A stretch of 64,000 bases of DNA from the human T2T-CHM13v2.0 reference genome, Homo sapiens: assembly GCF_009914755.1 (NCBI RefSeq), contig NC_060943.1, one strand, 5' to 3'. The position numbers were made by a program, and so were the translations under genes. How positions within the stretch are numbered: the stretch's first letter is position 1; the number at the start of each line of letters is the position of its first letter. A model generated the notes under the pieces. It saw nothing but the letters and a program-made list of their open reading frames with translations, ran no database searches and was not told the DNA's origin. Below are positions 1 to 17,274 of this stretch, piece after piece.

Positions 1-181
1 TAAAAACGTCCAGCCAGGCGCAGTGGCTCACGCCTGTAATCCCAGCACTTTGGGAGGCCGAGGTGGGTGGATCACGAGGTCAGGAGATCAAGACCACCCT
101 GGCCAATATGGTGAAACCCCGTCTCTACTAAAAATACAAAAATTAGCCGGGCATGGTGACACGTGCCTGTAATCTCAGCTA

Positions 182-451
<270 letters not shown>

Positions 452-653
452 TCATCCTGCCATTTGAGGCCTCTGCCTCTGTGTCCTGCCCTGGCTAAGG
501 CCCCTGCCTCTGTCTCCACCATGCCTTGTGACCCTGGAGAGGTCCCTCAATTCCTTAAGCCACAGGTTCCTCATCTATATAATGGGGATGATAATAATAG
601 AAGCTGCATCCCTGGGCTGCTGTGAGAATTACAGAGTTCAACCCCCAAGGCTA

Positions 654-917
<264 letters not shown>

Positions 918-1730
918 TCACTTCACTGCCCTCCAGCCTGGGTGACAAAGCGAGACTCCTTCTCAAAAACAAACAAACAAAAAACCAAACTGTTCCCCTG
1001 AACTTGTTTTTTTGTGGCAGCGGGTGGCAGCTGGGCCTGTCAGATAGAGGCTGATTTGGAATCAAGACATCGGTCTTTTGGGGCAACCGTTCAGATTCTG
1101 TGAGTTTGAAACCACAAATGCCAAAGTTTAAATTGGGAGACTGGACCCTGCAGGCACTATTTAAATCCCTTTTTGTGTTACAAATAGTGAACCCCCCCTG
1201 CTGCCATCTGCAGGCCACTAAAGTGTCCATTCCACATCTGAGTCCTGGGCGATTCTGAAGTGGGATCCCGAGGACAGAGATACTAATAAGTTGGCTCACG
1301 CCTGTAATCGCAGCACTTTGGGAGGCCGAGGCACGCAGATCACGAGGTCAGGAGTTCGAGACCAGCCTGGCCAACATGGTGAAACCTCGTCTCTACTAAA
1401 AATACAAAAAATTAGCTGGGTGAGGTGGCGGGAGCCTGTAATCCCAGCTACTCAGGAGGCTGAGGTAGGAGAATCACTTGAAACCAGAAGGCGGAGGTTG
1501 CAGTGAGCTGAGATTGTGCCACTGCACTCCAGCCTGGGCGACAGAGCGAGACTCCGTCAAGAAAGGAAGGGAGGAAGGGAGGAAGGAAGGAAGGAAGGGA
1601 AAGGAAGGAAATGAAGGAATAAGAAAAAAGAAAATAAAAGCAAAGGAAAAGAAAAGAGAAAAGAAAAGAAGAAAGAAAAAGTTGTGTCCATTCCCGAGTC
1701 AAACTTAGACTCCGGACCTCTTTTCCCAGC

Positions 1731-1747
1731 TGCCGCCAGGGGGCGCA
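1731..1747 (+). promoter_or_regulatory. CTCF motif
   Basis: TGCCGCCAGGGGGCGCA closely matches the CTCF core consensus. Confidence 0.65.
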
Positions 1748-1985
1748 ACGTGGCTCATTGTCTCCAAAAAACAGCCGCTGTCAATTCTTCCCTTCCCCGT
1801 ATGCCCCTGGTACCTCCCCCCGTCAAGAGGTGAAGTCTATTTCCCTTCCGCTTGAATCCAGACTAGCCTTATGACTTGGTTTGACCAAGAAGTTGAGTCC
1901 CATCGAATGACTCCTCTTCTCTTCAAATCCTCTTATGGCTTCCTATGTCACTAAAGGTCAAAGCCAGAGTCCTTATAACAGGGTC

Positions 1986-2190
1986 TGGACCTGTTCAGTG
2001 CAGCAGCCACTACTGACATGGGGATATTTTAATTTCAATGTAACTAAATACAATTAAACATCCACATCCTGAAGTCACAGTAGCTACATCGCAAGTGCTC
2101 AAGAGCCACACGTGGCCAGTGGCTACCACATCACGCAGTGCTGGTGCAGGACACTGCCACCATCGCACGCAGTTCTCTTGCACAGCTCAG
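1986..2190. mobile_element. MER3/MER33-like hAT element
   Basis: gcagccact...caagtgctcaagagccacacgtggccagtggctacc signature. Confidence 0.6.
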
Positions 2191-2568
2191 GTCTACACAC
2201 TCCGCCTCCATCTCACCCCCTGCCTTGTTTCCCACCTCCCTCTCTGTGTCTCCCCCCGTGGCTTCAGCCACCCAGGTCTCCGGGTCACACCAGGCATATT
2301 CCTGCCTCAGGGCCTTTGCACTGCTGTTCTCTTTCTTCAAATAGTCACATTCCCAGGGAGGGCTTCCCTGACCACCTATAAAAATGTAACCCAGGCTGGG
2401 CGCAGTGGCTCACCCCTGTAATCCCAGCACTTTGGGAGGCTGAAGCGGGCGGATCACCTGAGGTTGGAAGTTCAAGACCAGCCTGACCAACATGGAGAAA
2501 CCCCGTCTCTACTAAAAATATAAAATTAGCCGGGCGTGGTGGTGCATGCCTGTAATCCCAGCTACTCA

Positions 2569-2673
<105 letters not shown>

Positions 2674-3249
2674 TCAAAAACAAACAAACAAACAAACCCT
2701 AGCCTGGCTCGGTGGCTCACGCCTGTAATCCCAGCACTTTGGGAGGCCGAGGCGGGTGGATCACTTAAGGTCAGGAGTTCGAGACCAGCCTGGCCAACAT
2801 GGAGAAACTCCGTCTCTATTAAAATACACAAAAATTAGCCACGCGTGGTGGCGCGCGCCTGTAATCCCAGCTACTCGGGAGGCTGAGGCACGAGAATCGC
2901 TTGAACCCGGGAGGCAGAGGGGCAGTGAGCTGAGATCGTGCCACTGCACTCCAGCCTGGGTGACAGAGCAAGACCCCGTCTCAAAAAGAAAAAAAAAAAG
3001 TGACCTTTTCTGCACTTGCTCGCTTTATTTTTCAGAGCTCTGATTGCCCCTGGTTCACTCATTTGTTTCTCAATCGCACGCCGACTTGTCAGGAAGGTTA
3101 ATAGAGGAAATTGGTGACACAGACATTGCAATCAGGAAGGGCTGCGAGTAGCAAGTCAGGTGGGCTCACCATTAGCAATGCAGGGAGCTGCTGTCTCGTG
3201 AGGATTGGAGGAGCCACGTGGAAAATGCTGCTGCCCGGAGCCCAGGTGG

Positions 3250-4800
3250 CTGCGCTGGCCAGGCAGAAGCCCCTGGTTGGCGGCGGTGGCCGTCACTGCT
3301 GCTGCTGCTTCTGCAGCCACCACGGCCCAAGCATCCCCCAGATGGCGTCCCCTTCCTCTGGCTTCCTCTCCCGTAGCAACAGCAGTCCCTGCAGAGGACT
3401 CTGGAGTGGTGGTTGCGGGGTCCTACCCCGCAGGGGGCAGGTGGGCGTGGCGGGGAGAGGCAGTAGAGTCGCTCAGGGTCAGCTCTGACCTGTCCCCGCG
3501 GTGTTCCCGGCCCCAGCAGCTGCTCAGTTATTTGTCGAGTGCTGACGGTCGGTCGGAAGAAACCACCCGGACTGAGGAAGGCTGACCCCAGATGCGCCTA
3601 GTTGGGAATGTGCTGGAAAGATACGCCTCCTGGAGGGAGTGCGCCCAGGAAGTGGGGAGGAGCGTTTGAGATCGAAGGAGTGGCCGCGTAAAGGCCCTGA
3701 GGTCTCGCAAGGAAGGGTCCCGGGGCGTCCCAGGCCCTGTTCTAGGTGCAAGAAACAGGAACCTCCTGGAGCGAGCATGCGGTGGGGAGGCAGGGGGTAC
3801 GCCTCCTACATGAGGAGGAGATCCACGCATTAGGAAGTGAGGCCTGCTGGGGACAAAAGTCTGGCAGGCAGGGCCCCAGGAGGGCCGGGGCAGGAGAGGG
3901 TTTGCAGTCATCGTAAACGGGGCGGCATGGAAAGCCCTCACTGAGAAGGTGCCAAAGACCCCAAGGAGGTGAGGGGTTGCGGCCGGCAGATGCCTGGGGA
4001 AAGCGCATGACCGGAAGCGCAGGAAGAGCCAGGTTAAAAGCCCCAAGCCAGAGTGTGATAATATGGGGCTGTTAATGTGTGACTACTGCCCCTCCCGTGC
4101 CAGGCTCGGTGCTGGCGTAGGGGAGGCAGTGGGGCCAAAGAAGGCCACCTGCCTCCATGGTGGTCGCTGTCGGGTTGGATTTCCACGTGCCTGGAGTTTA
4201 AAAGTGAGGCAGCCTGGAAATGAGCTTGCAGAGTTCGCTGGGGGCGTGGGGGAGGTTTGGCCGTGCAGACTTTCAGATAGCGGGCCCAGGCAGGGACCTC
4301 GATCCTGAACCCGCCCCCACCCCGATCCCGGAGCCAGCTCAGACACAGGGGCGCCCGAAAACTCCTAGGGACATGACCAGGTGCTGGAGGGAGGGAGAAG
4401 TCTGGGTTCCGGGGACAGAAAAAGACAGTCCCTACCGCCAACGGGTTCCCCAGACCCGGTTTCCACTGAGGCCCCACCTTCCCCAGCGCAGTCTTCGCCC
4501 CTTGCATAGGAGGCCACATCTCCTACACGTAGATATGCAGAGAGCGTGTCAACGCGCAAGAGCTGCAGCGCCCCATTTAACCACCAAGAGGCTCCAGGGC
4601 CGCTGGTTAAAATCGTGCGGGAAGAGATAGCTTGACGCCAGGAGTTCAAGACCGGCCCGAGCAAAATAGTGACCCACCCCCAACCCCCGCTCCCCGCCTC
4701 TCGTCTATACAAAAATAAATATACATAAATAAAATAAAATAAGCAAATAAATATTACATCGTGCCGGCGATGGTGTTTCCCGAGCACTCGAAGCGCCTAA
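3250..4800. other. Unique CpG-retaining island with no recognised gene; possible PNMA/CCDC8-like relic unit
   Basis: Largely non-repetitive and CpG-rich. Contains the minus ORF 3528-4046, a half X-box CCGTAGCAAC at 3371-3380 and a CTCF-like site at 3427-3440. Confidence 0.4.
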
Positions 4801-4844
4801 GTTTTCCCTGGCCTTTGAACGCTAGACTGCAGAAAGCGGCAGGA

Positions 4845-5022
4845 CAGCGGTTCTCAAAGTCAGGTTCTGGACCAGCTGCGCCAACGTCTCCTGGGAACTA
4901 GATACACATATTCGGGCCCACCCGAGACCTACAGAACCCCTTTGGGCAGGCAGCCCGGCAAGCTGAATTTTCGAAGGACCCCCCAGGCACCTGCGATACG
5001 GGACCAGTTGGAGAAACGGTCC
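4845..5022 (+). mobile_element. MER5A-like hAT element
   Basis: cagcggttctcaaagt...ggaccagc...ctgaattttc...agttggagaaac. Confidence 0.6.
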
Positions 5023-5617
5023 GGCATCACAGTTTGAGACCCCAGCTGTGGGGTCTGATGGTCTCTAGGACCCCTAGGGTCACAGTTGTCAGCCCCGGCT
5101 GCCCATTGCTGGGAATCACCTGGGAAGCTTTAGGGACTGTTGCTGCCCCAGCGGAGGCCTGGCACCATCCCGAGATTCCCAGAGTGGGTCCTGTGTGCAT
5201 GCTGGACATGGGCTCCGGGTCATTTCAGGGACAGCCGGGGCGGGGACTGCTGCCCTGGGGTCTCTGTCAAGGCCGATGTGTGCAGTGAAAAACTGGCCGC
5301 TGCTGATACCTAGCAGGAATAAGACGAGATGACGTCTCCTAGGGTTGATTGGAGCACGAACACATCACACCCTTTTCAGTACCCTGAGCAATGCTGGAAG
5401 GAAAGCTCTGCTATGATCCCCCTTTCCCATGAGGACATGGAGTCACAGAGAGGTCAAGTTACCAGCCCAAGGTCACACAGCTTGCAAGGAGCGGTGCTGG
5501 GGGAGCCAGGCAGCTGAGCTCCAAATTGCTCTCCTGTCACACCCTGTGGGCCTGGGAGGGGGACCCACAAATCAGAAATCCTTCCACCCCCATGTCTTTT
5601 TTTTTTTTTTTTTTTGA

Positions 5618-6025
<408 letters not shown>

Positions 6026-6115
6026 TAATCCCAGTACTTTGGGAGGCCGAGGCGGGCGGATCACGAGGTCAGGAGATCAAGACCATCCTAACACAGTGAA
6101 ACCCCATCTCTACTA

Positions 6116-6274
<159 letters not shown>

Positions 6275-7002
6275 TCACAAAAACAAACAAACAAACAATG
6301 AGGAGCAGCTGGACTGGTCCAGATGAAGGCTGATTCAGAGACCAATCTCTGGTTTCCTGGGCTTCCTCTTGGAAACCTTCGTGCATTTGAAACCACACCC
6401 CAGAGGCATCAAGGGACTGACTGGCCCTGCAGGTGCTGTTTGAAGGCCCCTGCGCTGAAATATAATAGCGAACACTCTGTTCTGTCTCAGTTACTAGAGG
6501 GCTCCCCTACCTGTGGGGCCTCCCTGAATGCTCACGGTGGGGATGCTGGGAACAGTTCAGAAAAGGTTGTGTTCACTCGGGGGGCAACAAATTTTGACTC
6601 AGTGGGGGATAGACTTGCCCAAAGCCTCAGGGCCACCCAGAAAGGCTATGCAAATAAGACCCAGGGATGGCCGGGTATACAAGTAAGACTGGGGGGGCTG
6701 AGGCACGAGAATTGCTTGAACCCGGGAGGCAGAGGTTGCAGTGAGTTGAGATCCCACCACTGCACTCCAGCCTGGTTGACAGAGACTCTGCCTAAAAACA
6801 AAAACAAAAACAAACAAAAAAACCCAGGGAGACGGTGTGAAACTGTTTTTCTTTTTTGAGACAGGGTTTTGCTTGTTGCCCAGGTTGGAGTACAATAGCG
6901 CAATCTCAGCTCGCCGCAACCTCCTGGGTTCAACTGATCCTCCTCCTACCTCAGCCTCCCGAGTAGCTGGGATTACAGGCATGCACCATCATGCCCAGCT
7001 AA

Positions 7003-7137
<135 letters not shown>

Positions 7138-7149
7138 TGAAACTTTCTG

Positions 7150-7610
7150 CAAGCATCTGTGTGTCTGTGACTGCCTGGCTTTTGAGTTTCTGTGTGATAA
7201 CATGTGAGTGTGTCCATCTGGCTGAGGGAATCAAAGTGTCCAACGGCATCTAGCAGTGTGTGACGGGTCCTGAGTGGGTGAACACGTTGACATTTCCAAG
7301 TATGTCAGTGTTTGTATGAATGGGTCTGTGAATGTGTGGGGGTTGGCTTCCCGGAGCACAGTGGGTCTGTGCGCCTCTGTGAGTACACGTGTGTGTACTA
7401 CATGTGTGTGTCCGTGTCTGTGTCTATGTATGGGCAGATTAATAATAATTTCTGTTGGTGAATGTGGGTCTGCCAGTGGTGCCTGAGTGTACATGTGTCT
7501 GTGGTATGTGCTGTGCCTGCGTGCCTGGATCCGAGTGTGCATGTGTCTATGTGTGTGTCCACACGTGTATGGCAGTGAGAGAGACTGACCCAGTGTTGCC
7601 TGATGTCTGT
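7150..7610 (+). repeat. Degenerate (TG)-rich low-complexity region
   Basis: gtgtgt-rich composition. Confidence 0.75.
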
Positions 7611-7779
7611 GAAATCCACGCAGCTCCTCGTTTAACTCCATCTTGCCACTTGTTTGGGGTCCACACCACTTTCCTTCTCATGGGCCCCTGATGTTCCCCC
7701 GAGACCCCCCCCCCATAGCTCTGGGCGCTGCAGGGAGGAGGAGCAGAGAGACTCGCTCTGAGCCTTCATTTCCTGCATT

Positions 7780-8112
7780 CATGCCGTCGGCTCCTCCAGT
7801 CTCCGAATCCCTCCAAACATCTGTCTCTGCTGTTCCTTTTTACCTTCCAGCTCCTCAGGCAGGCCAGGTCCCCATGGTCACGAGACCTCTGCCCTCCGAA
7901 GTGGGCAGCGACAAAGGACAGCCTCCCTCCCCACCAACCAGAACCTTCCCACCCAGCCTGTCTTCCTCCGCGCACCTGCAAAGCCTCCCCTCCAGGTGAG
8001 GTCCACAGCTTGTATTTCTTCCAAACCTCCCAGGGCCTCGTTCTTGCTGTGAGCCGTGGACTACACGGCCAAGTATCCACCAGCATGCACAAAGGGGCTC
8101 TAGCAAGGCCAT
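7780..8112 (-). pseudogene. Candidate decayed PNMA N-terminal-domain pseudogene
   Basis: Frameshifted fragments MALLEPLC / MLVD / VGRFWLVGR / DLA / LPEELEGKKEQQRQMF, in PNMA order and at roughly PNMA spacing. Alignment by eye only. Confidence 0.45.
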
Positions 8113-8299
8113 GCGGCGCGCCAGGCAGCAAGCAGCACCAGCAGTAACCACTCCACTCAGAAAAGAGCAGGGGTGGGGCGCGGTGGCTCACTCCCATAGT
8201 CCCAGAGCTGAGGCCAGAGGATCGCTTGATCCCAAGAGTGCAAGTGAGCCGTGATTGCAACACCACACTCCAGCCTGGGTGACAGAGCCAGACCCTGTC

Positions 8300-8620
8300 T
8301 TGAAAGAAAGAAAAGAGTAAAGAAAAGAGAGAAAGAGAAAGGAAAGAAAGCAAGAGAGAGAGAGAAAGAGAGAGGGAGGGAGGGAGGAAGAAAGAAAGAG
8401 GGAAGGAAGGAAGGAAGGAAAGGAGGGAGGGTGGGAGGGGGAAGGGGAGGGAGAGGGAGAGGGGAGGGAGAGAGGGAGAGGGGAGGGGAGTGGAGGGAGA
8501 GAGGGAGAGGGGAGGGGAGTGGAGGGAGAGAGGGAGAGGGGAGGGGAGGGAGGGAAGGGGAGGGGAGGGAGGGAAGGAGGGAGGAGGGTGGAAGAGAGAA
8601 AAACAAAAGGAGGGTGGTGG
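8300..8620 (+). repeat. Polypurine (GA/GGA/GGAA) tract
   Basis: About 320 nt of almost pure A/G grown from an Alu tail. Confidence 0.9.
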
Positions 8621-8823
8621 GATAGAATTCTTTACTTTCCTGAGGAAAAAAATAAGAAACTTAGGCCAGGCCTGCAACCAGTTAGGAAGACAGACTGGCC
8701 TTTGGACCTCCACGAACTCTCTTTTCTCCTGCCCTCAGCAAGGCTAGAGTGTGGTCATTTGCTGTTTTTCACTGCTAGGGGTTGTGGGGACACAAGGCAA
8801 TACAGGCCCCCAGCTTCCTCCTA

Positions 8824-9476
<653 letters not shown>

Positions 9477-9706
9477 TAAGTGCTGGGATTACAGGCGTGA
9501 GCCACCATGCCCGGCCAACCACAGCCCCTCTTTTGGGCCTTTTCCTATTGCAATGATTTTTCAATGTGTCCAGTGGCCGAGTTGCCCAGATGTCCGTGGA
9601 GCTTGATGCAAACAGAATTCAGAGCCACACAGGCACCGCTAGCAAATCCACACCTCTGGTGCCGAGGGCCCCAGAATCTGTGTTTTGAATGCATTTTTCA
9701 GACGCT

Positions 9707-9712
9707 TTTACT
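9707..9712 (-). terminator. Candidate CCDC8 poly(A) signal (AGTAAA variant)
   Basis: tttact on the plus strand about 800 nt past the stop; variant hexamer only. Confidence 0.35.
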
Positions 9713-10166
9713 GTACCTTATAACCAAGATCGGGTGAGGTGTGCAAACCAAGGGCCCTGTCCCCTCCAAACCAGCAGAGCCCGGGGCATGAGGATGGCAA
9801 GCGAAGTGACAACATAAACACAGGTGTCTCCATCATCAAGGATGGGAGTGGAACGGACAGCAAGGGCCAGGTCACCCCCAGAGCATTCGTCAGTTGTCAA
9901 GTCCAAAGCTAAGAAATCAGTTCATAAATGTTTTTTGATTTGCATGTTGGCTCAAGCCCTCTTTTTAAGTCCAAGGAGGCAGTCCACATTAAGTGTGCAG
10001 GCAAAAAAGAGATGGAAAAAGGAGTCAGTTTCTCCCCTGCCCTCCCTCTCTCCCTTTATCAAGCTGAGCACCTTGAGTTGCATTTGAGGAAATGAAAACT
10101 ATAGGTGACGCAACCCCATTGTGTCGAATTCTTTCTTTACATTTTTTGGGTTGCTACAAGGAATCA

Positions 10167-12124
<1,958 letters not shown>

Positions 12125-12334
12125 CCCCACCGTGGAGTCCTCCTCCTTGCGGAACACCTTGCCGATCTTCTTAAATGTCCCCACGGGCTTTAGGGCTTCC
12201 ACGAGGACGTCCAAATCCACATCTTTGCAGACATCGGGGACGCTCCAAAGAATGAGGCAGTCGGGGGACGGCAGGAAGCCCCAGGGGAACCAGCCCCCCA
12301 CGTGGCTTTTCTCGAGAGTCTTTAAGATCTCCAG
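12125..12334 (-). CDS. CCDC8: Probable CUG-initiated 70-aa N-terminal extension of CCDC8 (608-aa proteoform)
   Basis: In-frame CTG at 12334-12332 in context atcACC-CTG-Gag (A at -3, G at +4). No stop before the AUG; the nearest upstream in-frame stop is TAG at 12376-12374. The extension aligns with the N-terminal domain of PNMA8C in this window. Confidence 0.75.
12190..12234 (-). other. Out-of-frame 14-aa uORF (MSAKMWIWTSSWKP*) between the CUG and the annotated AUG of CCDC8
   Basis: ATGs at 12234 and 12222 (the second has A at -3) in the same +1 frame, TAA at 12192-12190. Confidence 0.6.
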
Positions 12335-12559
12335 GGTGATATCTGGGGTGAGGGGGCAATGAGCCCCAACAAACTACTGTAGCCCTTAGTCTTGAGGGAG
12401 GGACTGGATGGGGGGAGTTCCAGCAACGCTGACCGGAGAGTCTCACCTCCCTAGCCAGGGACGAGCCAAACGCCTCCAATCTCTTCGCCTGCAACAAGTA
12501 CAGTCTTGACCAAGTCCGGCTCCCCCACCAAGGACTTGGGGGAATCAATTTCCAGGATG

Positions 12560-13100
12560 CCTACGTGAGCCGGGGGCGAGGTCAGTCCCAAGGCTCAAGG
12601 CCCACTCCAAGCTGGAAACGTGGTGTCCCAGCTCCAAGCTGGGGCGCGCGGGCTGCCAGCGACTCTTCCTGCCCCAGGCCCCAGGGACGCGGCTGGAACT
12701 TGGGACAGGACTTCGCAGACAAAGACGGTCCAGTCGAAGCTATTCAATATGGCCGAGGCGCTGGGAGGCCCCAGCCCGGGCCTCCAGTAGGGTCCCCCGC
12801 CCCCAGGCAGGCCGCCACCCAGCTCCAGGCTGACCTTGACGCGCCGCAGCCTGCCAGCCCGCGCGCTTAGAGCTCTGCACCGTGGAGCGCGCGGGCAGGA
12901 AGTTCCTCCTCGCCCTCCGCCAGAATGAGGCCCACCTTCCCCCGTCTCATCTTACACTCCCAGACTCTGGAAGACTGACAGGGGGGCTGTCCACTCCCTT
13001 CGGGGCGGCCTCCTTCCCCTCCCCCACAGGGGTGTGGCCGCGCCCCGGGCCTAGCTGGGCCCATTGCTTCCCAGCGAAGCGGCAGTGGCCCACGTCAGCA
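12560..13100 (-). promoter_or_regulatory. CpG/GC-rich CCDC8 promoter and 5' leader
   Basis: High CpG density with gcgcgc runs. No minus-strand ATG from 12947 down to 12235. Confidence 0.6.
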
Positions 13101-13371
13101 CCTTTCCTGAAAGGCAGCGGTTCCCAAACCTGCCATCCGAAATGTGCAAGTTTCCAGCCAAGTCCGGGAGGTGGGTGTGCTAGTGGATTCTACTTTTTGA
13201 GAGCCACTGGCACCACAGATTAGCATTTTAAATTCACGCGACTATCGGTACCCGTACACCTATATGCGTGGGTAGAGAAATGGGTACCTGACTGCAACAG
13301 TCCCACTGTGGCGCTTGGCAGGTCAGGGCTCAATACATATTTTTGAGGGGATGAATAAACCCAAATGTTCA

Positions 13372-13488
<117 letters not shown>

Positions 13489-14095
13489 CTACCCCGGGTG
13501 TGGTGGTGCGCGTGCGTAGTCCCAAGCTACGCGAGAGGCTGAGGCAGGAGAATGGCGTGAACCTGGGAGGTGGAGGTTGCAGAGATCGCGCCACTGCACT
13601 CCGGCCTGCGCAACAGAGGGAGACTGTCTCAAAAAAACAAAAGTGCAAAAAAACCCCTACAAATAAACAACAACAAAAAACCCTAAAAGTTCACGAGTAG
13701 AGACTGCCTCTATTTTATGGTAGTATCTTACAGTGAAATATTTTGCAACTTCGAAAAAAGAATGAGATGGCTAAGGATAGGCACGGTTTATGAGGCGCTT
13801 CCTATGTAGTAGGCACCATTCCCAGTGCTTTCTATGAATGAACTCAGGAAATCCTTGCTATAACAGGAGACTGGTAGCATGAGTACAATTCCCATTAGAC
13901 AGCTGAGGAAACTGAGGCCCAAGGACATAAAACCACACTCTCAAGGTCACAGCCATGGGGAGTGGTTGAGTTTGGATTTGAATCCAGAATAGTCTGCCTT
14001 TTGTGTCGACCAAAGAGTCAAGATGGCCAGGCGCGGTGGCTCACGCCTGTAATCCCAGCCCTTTGGGAGGCTGAGGCGGGCAGATCACGAGGTCA

Positions 14096-14605
<510 letters not shown>

Positions 14606-14981
14606 TCAGAGGTACATGGTAAGGCCAGTGCCATCAATCATCTTTTTACAGACGGTGAAACTGAGGCTGGTCTGAAGTTGCACAGCTCTGAGTGGTGGAT
14701 CTAATATAATATTAGAACCAGATCTTGGGCACTAGCATTTAAAACACTAGCTGACGCTAAAGACACAGCTAATCCCCTTCTCCTAAATGTGTTGCACCAT
14801 TTAACCACTTAGCAGCCACAATACTTGCAGCCACTCTTGCCTGGATGTGTACAAAGCCCCCTCACTGGGCTTCCCGCCTCCCCATCACTGCTTGCAATCC
14901 AGGCCCCATCCAGAAGCTGGGGGCATCTTTTAAAAACTTAGGTCCGATCTGTCTCTACTCTTTTGAAAATTCTCCATCTCA

Positions 14982-15655
<674 letters not shown>

Positions 15656-15839
15656 TTAAAGAGGGAACGGAGGAAAAAGAGACGGGCCAGAGGGAAAGAA
15701 AAGATGTGGGGGCTTAGGGGACGTTAAGGTCTCAGCGAGCGGCCTGTTCACAATTACCGGCTTATTCAGGTTGTTTTTCTCTTGCAGAGCCAGGTCGTTG
15801 GGCTTCGCTGGATTTTTCTCCTCTTTCTCCCTGGCTCAG

Positions 15840-16050
15840 TCCCAGCCGCCGCGCTCAGCCCCCGGGCCTCCCGCGGCCCCGCCCCTCGCCTCCCCCTTCG
15901 CACAGTTTGTGGCCTCCGCAGTCCGGCGGTCTCCATGGCAACCACGGGACGCGCTCCTCCGCGCGGATCAAAACTAAGCGGGTGGGGCGGAGGCGGAGGC
16001 GAGGCTGCAGGGAGATGGTGGGGGTGGGGGCGCCACGGAGGACGAGGGCA
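15840..16050. promoter_or_regulatory. Orphan CpG-island promoter/enhancer with X-box (15929-15942) and GC box (15877-15885)
   Basis: GTCTCCATGGCAAC, CCCCGCCCC and dense CpG. Confidence 0.65.
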
Positions 16051-16205
16051 GGAGCTCCTCTTTTCTGCCCCTGGTGCCTCCCTTAGGCCTCATCCCCAAA
16101 GCCAGCTTCCCTGAAAAGCTGTTTGTAGAAACCAAAAAATGAAAAATCCTAAGGACACCTAGGTTTCAGGAATGCTGATTAAAGAATCGCAAGTCTGAGG
16201 GCTCA

Positions 16206-16544
<339 letters not shown>

Positions 16545-16977
16545 TTAGCCGAATATTATGGTGTGCGCCTGTGGTCTGAGCTACTCGGGAGACTGAGGTG
16601 GGCCCATCGCTTGAGCCCGGGAGGTCAGGGCTGCAGGAAGCAGAGATCGCCCATCTGCACGCCAGCCTGGGCAACAGAGCCAGACTCCATCTCAAAAAAA
16701 AAAAAAAAAAAAAAAAATTGCCAGCCCCTGAACGGTTCAGCTGTGGGTGTTTTTAATTGCACAGATCTCTGGCAGGTGAGACCCTTCTCCAGCCATCACA
16801 GAATAAAATAATAAAAACGAGATGTAGCCTCACTTTTGCATTTGTTTAAAATAAATGGAAAGTTGGAAAAGAATGGGGAAGAGAAACAAAACACGGCTGA
16901 AATCCCTCTACCCAGCTACATTTTGTTGCCATTTAAAAAAAAAAAAATGAGACACACGGGCCAGGGGCAGTGGCTCA

Positions 16978-17274
<297 letters not shown>

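Noticed and set aside
7766-8713. 315-aa minus ORF and overlapping ORFs
   Set aside because: Mostly a read-through of a polypyrimidine tract and an Alu fragment, open only because the tract lacks stops.
12299-12301. GTG start used by the ORF track (597 aa)
   Set aside because: Weaker context (C at -3). The frame continues upstream to a CTG in optimal context that the track did not consider.
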